Below, in pieces: positions 7,881-11,968 of a stretch of 11,968 nucleotides of DNA. Source of the DNA: a virus (taxonomy: Duplodnaviria > Heunggongvirae > Uroviricota > Caudoviricetes); IMG/VR virus record IMGVR_UViG_2617270939_000005; one strand, 5' to 3'. A program made the translations under genes and the position numbers. The notes under the pieces were generated by a model, which was not told the origin of the DNA, did no database searches, and saw only the letters and a program-made list of their open reading frames with translations. Positions within the stretch are counted from its first letter, which is position 1. The number at the start of each line of letters is the position of its first letter.

Positions 7881-7947
7881 TTTCATGTCAGCAGTGACGT
7901 TGAATGTTCTGTCCCTCTTTAGTAGTGACTTTCATGTAGGTCACTAC
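7881..7947. promoter_or_regulatory. Operator-like repeat cluster upstream of the minus-strand operon
   Basis: Perfect 8-bp inverted repeat GTAGTGAC (7922-7929) and GTCACTAC (7940-7947) with a 10-bp spacer TTTCATGTAG. The motifs TTTCATGT and AGTGAC both recur at 7881-7898. Located 75-140 bp upstream of the 508-aa gene start. Confidence 0.35.
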
Positions 7948-8210
7948 GTATGCACAAGCGAGTGGTGTTCGTTTTGCCACAGTAGAAACTCTAATTTGAT
8001 TATTTTTTAATCAACACCTTTGTAAGCCTTGCCCTGTCTGACTTGATGAATGATTTGCTGATAACTTTCAGTAGGTTTGTTGGGATGCTGGGATGTAAGG
8101 GGTTATAAGCGGCATTGTGAGTACCATATCCCAATATAGTACCGTACCACTACTCTATCCCCGCCGCGTTGACTGCCTGGCAAGCACGGTTGCGTGGAGG
8201 GCCGAGCATC

Positions 8211-8260
8211 ACAGCGGGCGAAGGCCGGGAATGAGCCAAAGGCGATGGAGCGGGCTGGAG
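8211..8260. repeat. Degenerate copies of the tRNA-Gly 3' end (relic att-type direct repeats)
   Basis: AGCGGGCGAAGG at 8213-8224 is identical to 888-899 of the tRNA fragment, and TGGAGCGGGC at 8246-8255 is identical to 885-894; both are in the same orientation as the 885-912 repeat. The surrounding 8200-8300 is purine-rich with recurring GAGC...AGCG units. Confidence 0.45.
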
Positions 8261-8629
8261 CATAGCGAGAAGCGCAGCCAGTGTAGAGCGAAAAGCGATA
8301 ACACTGATTAGGAGAAGGGATGAAAGGGAAGAACCCTTTTCTGTACATGTATTTTAAATGCAACTTTAAAGGTAAAACGAAGGTGTTGCCCTGCTTCAAA
8401 TCTAGCTGAGTGATTGGACAACACAGCCTTTGATCCCTTCCCCTGCCCCATCCCTCGAATTGTTCAGTGATAAATCACATTCACAATCTGATCTTGATAC
8501 TCATCGTCTGGCACGGCTAAAGCCCCGCCATCTCTTCATATCAAGAGCCGCAAGTAATACGGAAATACATTATAAATCATACCATTACGAGATTAGGCAT
8601 AACATAAATATCTGATATCAATACAAAAG

Positions 8630-8700
8630 CTGTAGGCCATCCATCACCCACAGCCCAGTAACGGCCAGTGCTGGCATCTCATCAGACTGTAGGTCATCAC
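8630..8700. repeat. Imperfect direct repeat CTGTAGG(C/T)CATC...CAC at the 3' end of the recombinase gene
   Basis: CTGTAGGCCATCCATCAC at 8630-8647 and CTGTAGGTCATCAC at 8687-8700; the second copy overlaps the recombinase stop codon at 8697-8699. Significance uncertain. Confidence 0.35.
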
Positions 8701-9329
8701 TCTGTAACGCTGGCGGACAGCTCACGTTTGATACGGTAGAACGTTGCCCGGCTTATCCCGGCAGCTTTCATGATGTGCTCTGGTTTATTCCCAACGGTAA
8801 GCATAGCGCGGACAGTTTCACGGGCGCTCTCATCCTTAGACTTCCCGTTATATTTCCCCTCGGCTTTGGCACGCTTGATGCCCTGCGCTTGGCGTGCTCT
8901 GCGTGTCTCGTAGTCCACTCGTGCCATCGTAGCGAGGATATCAATCAGCATTGCGTTAACAGCTCTCAGGATGCCCTCTGTAAGCTCTGACGCCGTATCG
9001 TTCAGTAGTTGCCATGAGGTTGGCAGGTCAACGGCAACGATCACCAGTCCCTTATCCTGAATCCTCTGTTTCAGTGTCGCCCATTCCTTTTGCGTAAGGC
9101 GGCTTAGCCTGTCGATGCTCTCGACAAGCAAGACCTCTCCGGCCTGCGCATCATCCAGCAAGCGCATTAGTTCAGGACGCGCCAGCCTCGCACCGCTGGC
9201 GTTCTCGATGTACTCCGCCCGTACAGGCCAGCCCCGATCACTGGCGAACTCTCGCAGCAAGCCCAGCGCCCGGTCTGCGTGTTGCTCTGATGTACTGGCG
9301 CGGCAATAGATAAGCGCATTGTGTGCCAT
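8697..9329 (-). CDS. Small serine recombinase (resolvase/invertase family), 210 aa
   Basis: N-terminal catalytic motif YCRASTSEQ (the Y-x-R-x-S-T-x-x-Q serine recombinase signature), the VESIDRLSR motif and a C-terminal HTH (AAGISRATFYRIKRE). ATG at 9327-9329 with GGGGGA upstream. Confidence 0.85.
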   Translation of the reverse strand: MAHNALIYCRASTSEQHADRALGLLREFASDRGWPVRAEYIENASGARLARPELMRLLDDAQAGEVLLVESIDRLSRLTQKEWATLKQRIQDKGLVIVAVDLPTSWQLLNDTASELTEGILRAVNAMLIDILATMARVDYETRRARQAQGIKRAKAEGKYNGKSKDESARETVRAMLTVGNKPEHIMKAAGISRATFYRIKRELSASVTE

Positions 9330-10046
9330 GCTTCCCCCTAAGTCTCAATGAAATATCACAGCAAGACCTATAAGAGATCACATCAATAATGTGTAGTCAA
9401 TAGAGTTTTATAGATAGTCAAATGAGACAGTGTGTCTATGTCTTTATCAGGTATACCCGAAAGAGACTGGCACCGCCCCACAGCAGCATTCCCCGGCACA
9501 TCCAGCGAACACAGCGTAGAGCGCACGCAGCAGATCAGCACGGCACCGCCACGATCTCGAAATCACAAAGGCATTGAATCACACATTGGAAGCACAGAAC
9601 GCAGCACAGAGCGATACAGATCGTTTTAGAGGGATGTACAGATACACAGTGAAAGGCAGATGATCGCAGCACTCGTCCCACACGGTTATTCAGCAACAGC
9701 AATCAGCCAGCATCTCGCTCAGTAGCACGCTCCTGTAATGCTTGTCTCGGATGAGCAAAATCTTAGGGTTTCTCAGCGACCCCTGACGCGCGGGCACGCA
9801 CATGCACACGGGGGCGCGGGCGAGCTATAGAGTTGAGGGAGGGGCAACCATAAGCGTGCAATTTTCAAGCTGGGACTTTTAACAGTGGGATTGTGGGGCT
9901 GTTTTGCATTCAGAGAGTGAGGCTGTGGGGGAGCCCTCCTTGAACCAAATAATGCGAAACTGATCATTCTTCCACGTAGCTTAGGCCACTTTGCATGGAT
10001 AATTAGCACCAAACACAGCAGCCAGTTTAAGAGAAATGCGCGACAT

Positions 10047-10265
10047 CTACCGTCTGCGTTTACCCCAGCGCTGCATTATGGCTCTGTGTGCTTCATCCGC
10101 TGACCATTCAATAGGTACAACAACGTGTACAGGCATTTCATCGCCAGAGGGGGCACCACGTAAATGGACTCTATACCCTAGTTTATTAAGTTCTACCTCG
10201 GACATCGGTGATATAACCTCGCCGCTATGGCTGCCGCCAACAAACTCAGCTTTAAAATCCAACAT
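10047..10265 (-). CDS. Hypothetical protein, 72 aa (doubtful)
   Basis: ATG at 10263-10265 lies directly downstream of a G9 run on the minus strand (C9 at 10267-10275 on plus) that could serve as a Shine-Dalgarno-like element. Its composition is more protein-like than the overlapping plus-strand ORF 10036..10359 (Ser/Thr/Pro-rich). No homology recognised. Confidence 0.35.
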   Translation of the reverse strand: MLDFKAEFVGGSHSGEVISPMSEVELNKLGYRVHLRGAPSGDEMPVHVVVPIEWSADEAHRAIMQRWGKRRR

Positions 10266-10266
10266 G

Positions 10267-10275
10267 CCCCCCCCC
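10267..10275. repeat. Homopolymeric C9 tract (G9 on minus strand)
   Basis: Nine consecutive C read directly at 10267-10275, immediately 5' of the 72-aa minus-strand ORF start and inside the alternative plus-strand ORF. Confidence 0.9.
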
Positions 10276-10355
10276 TACACACTAACAAGAATCATTGAAG
10301 GTGTATCACCCAGCAACTACGCTGGGCAGAACATCACCTCGGACTATCAATCAAC

Positions 10356-10814
10356 TTAGTATCGCTTTGTGTCTCGTAGTATTACAGACAGTAACCACCA
10401 CCATTGGCGTTTGATCCAACAAACATCACTGAACATCTTGCCGTCAGATGTTTTGATATAAACCCCGCCACGATGATGCACTTTGTTGTGATGAGCCTTA
10501 TTTATGAATGGCACGTTCAAGACCATTTCGTCTCGTGCTTTCAATCTTTTTGGCAGCATCGGTGTGATCATGTTCTCGTCCGAATATTCGTCGGATAACA
10601 TTCTAAGGCGTCCACTGGCTGTTACCACACCGGCTGCACTCAACGTTACATCGTGTGCGCTTATGTTCGAAACGTATATCCTGTCCTCGTGCTGATCACA
10701 TCCGAGATAAAGCCTTAGCGATGTTCTGGATTTTAGTAATTGAAATACGGACAAAGCAAAACCCGCCCACGCCGCGATCCCTGTCCAGTTATCTGTTTGG
10801 GTGATCCAAGTCAT
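10356..10814 (-). CDS. Hypothetical single-pass membrane protein, ~152 aa
   Basis: The track ORF starts with TTG at 10815-10817; the ATG at 10812-10814 overlaps the upstream gene's TGA (TGATG), indicating coupling. The N-terminal stretch WTGIAAWAGFALSVFQLL is a probable transmembrane helix, followed by a soluble domain with a His/Lys-rich segment (KAHHNKVHHRGG). Confidence 0.6.
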   Translation of the reverse strand: MTWITQTDNWTGIAAWAGFALSVFQLLKSRTSLRLYLGCDQHEDRIYVSNISAHDVTLSAAGVVTASGRLRMLSDEYSDENMITPMLPKRLKARDEMVLNVPFINKAHHNKVHHRGGVYIKTSDGKMFSDVCWIKRQWWWLLSVILRDTKRY

Positions 10815-11041
10815 CAAGGCTGCATCCCCTTCGACATAAGATACTTAACGATCCCTTCTCGTTGCCTATTACTCAGCTGAAAACATTTGTCTAGTTGAGA
10901 TAAAACCTGCTCGACATCATCTGCCAAGATGGCACTAGCTGCACGAGCGGGGAGATCTCCCTGAATTTTGATAGTGAAATACCCTGAAGATATTGATAGC
11001 TTCAAAAAACAACCTGCTGAGAACTCGTAACTCTCGCTCAT
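10814..11041 (-). CDS. Hypothetical protein, 75 aa, first gene of the minus-strand operon
   Basis: ATG at 11039-11041 with AGAGG about 6 nt upstream; stop overlaps the start of the membrane protein gene. No motif recognised. Confidence 0.55.
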   Translation of the reverse strand: MSESYEFSAGCFLKLSISSGYFTIKIQGDLPARAASAILADDVEQVLSQLDKCFQLSNRQREGIVKYLMSKGMQP

Positions 11042-11113
11042 AACCGCCTCTGTTGCCAGTTTTTCAGTAAACTGACAGTATATTCCTGAACCTTTATTAC
11101 ATCACGCGCACAC

Positions 11114-11125
11114 AAAAAAAAAAAA
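11114..11125. repeat. Homopolymeric A12 tract in a divergent intergenic region
   Basis: Twelve consecutive A read directly at 11114-11125, between the divergently oriented 75-aa gene (start 11041) and 259-aa gene (start 11189). Confidence 0.9.
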
Positions 11126-11188
11126 TGACCGACTCAGTTCGCAAATTTCTGGATAATCTATCCATACAATAATTATCAAGGATAAGTT

Positions 11189-11968
11189 ATGTCATCAGAT
11201 AACTTCGTGACATTTTGGCTTGCTAAAGTAGATCGGCCCTATTTTCTTGAACCTCACGAATTTTATGTTTCGGAAGCAAGACGGAGACTTTTGTCTCAGT
11301 TTGGGGATCTGACCCAAGAGGCGGAGGAGCGAGAGAAACAGTTTCTGGAGTATACCGCTGAGCATTTCAATCCTGATTTTGACGACCCAATGGCAGCCTA
11401 TGAGCAAGCATATGAGGAGGGTGTAAACTACGTCTGGTCACTTATTGAAATGCAAGAAACTGTTCTTTTGGCAGTAACTGCGGGTATGTATCACCAGTTC
11501 GATAAAAAGTTACGAGAAAAAACGATCAGAGAATTGTCTCATTGGTGTGATAAAGAGATCATTACACCAATGGTTTGGGATTTAAATTTTGATCAACTGT
11601 TGAAACTGCTCGAGTGGATCGGTCTCAAGATAGATGAAACTGATTATGGCGATAAGCTCAAAGCGTGCGCATTAGTCGTAAATGTGTACAAACATGGTGA
11701 TGGAAATTCTCACCGCCTCCTATCATCAACTCATCCAGAATATTACCCTCATCCTACTGGTATATGCGGCAGACATATCAATCCTACTCATGATGATCTG
11801 CATGTAACAGAAGAACAGTTTGTTGAATTTGCTGATGCAATAACAACATTTTGGAAAGCAATACCAGAATACTGCTATTACTCCGAACTGTCGGATGAGC
11901 CAGAGTGGTTAATTAAGCTTGTAAAAAAGAGCGAAAAGAAGTTAAGAAAAGGAAATACAAGGCCATAA
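11189..11968 (+). CDS. Hypothetical protein, 259 aa, AT-rich gene; contains an R-x5-H segment (HRLLSSTH) reminiscent of HEPN motifs
   Basis: ATG at 11189 with AAGGA 6 nt upstream; the TAA stop coincides with the window end (11966-11968). A sampled 60-nt block gives ~38% G+C. The HEPN suggestion rests on a single short motif and is speculative. Confidence 0.7.
   Translation: MSSDNFVTFWLAKVDRPYFLEPHEFYVSEARRRLLSQFGDLTQEAEEREKQFLEYTAEHFNPDFDDPMAAYEQAYEEGVNYVWSLIEMQETVLLAVTAGMYHQFDKKLREKTIRELSHWCDKEIITPMVWDLNFDQLLKLLEWIGLKIDETDYGDKLKACALVVNVYKHGDGNSHRLLSSTHPEYYPHPTGICGRHINPTHDDLHVTEEQFVEFADAITTFWKAIPEYCYYSELSDEPEWLIKLVKKSEKKLRKGNTRP

Noticed and set aside
8103-8399. ORFs 8103..8399 (-) and 8117..8311 (+)
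   Set aside because: They overlap the purine-rich degenerate att-repeat region; the products are low-complexity and there are no ribosome-binding sites. More likely non-coding.
7935-8700. TGTAGGTCA 9-mer shared between the operator region (7936-7944) and the recombinase 3' repeat (8689-8697) as a pair of recombination sites
   Set aside because: A single shared 9-mer in 12 kb is within chance expectation, and the flanking bases do not extend the match convincingly.
9432-10012. ORFs 9432..9629 (+) and 9773..10012 (-)
   Set aside because: They sit in strand-skewed, repeat-rich DNA; the products are Pro/Ser/Arg-rich and low-complexity, and no start context is evident.
10036-10359. 107-aa plus-strand ORF overlapping the 72-aa minus-strand ORF
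   Set aside because: Its product is Ser/Thr/Pro-rich with a PPP run encoded by the C9 tract. I judged the minus-strand 72-aa frame slightly more protein-like, but neither is secure.
1-11968. CRISPR array or rRNA
   Set aside because: No regularly spaced direct repeats with unique spacers and no rRNA-like conserved stretches were seen anywhere in the window.

Overview
The window reads as a horizontally acquired region at the 3' end of a tRNA-Gly gene, probably enterobacterial (IS903-type IS, glyU-like tRNA end); all calls are from reading the sequence and ORF track only, with no database search run. Left to right: (1) the right-hand 383 bp of an IS903-like (IS5-family) insertion sequence, with the transposase C-terminus and 18-bp terminal inverted repeat. 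(2) About 500 bp of flank holding one doubtful small exported-protein ORF. (3) A 28-nt 3'-terminal tRNA-Gly fragment at 885-912, an att-type direct repeat rather than an intact tRNA. (4) A ~7.3 kb integrase-bearing element (913 to ~8210): tyrosine integrase, a bidirectional terminator, a low-GC translationally coupled two-gene cassette of unknown function, and a tightly packed seven-gene minus-strand operon that includes an HNH-AP2 endonuclease and a probable lambda-E-like capsid protein but no large terminase, portal, tail or lysis genes. This looks like a phage satellite or a reduced prophage. (5) Degenerate copies of the tRNA 3' end at 8211-8260, suggesting tandem islands. (6) A second, AT-richer and unusually non-coding module: a small serine recombinase flanked by long non-coding stretches, a minus-strand operon (75-aa protein, single-pass membrane protein, possible 72-aa protein) and a divergent 259-aa protein of unknown function; this is the other candidate for an undescribed defence or exclusion system. 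No rRNA, intact tRNA or CRISPR array was seen.
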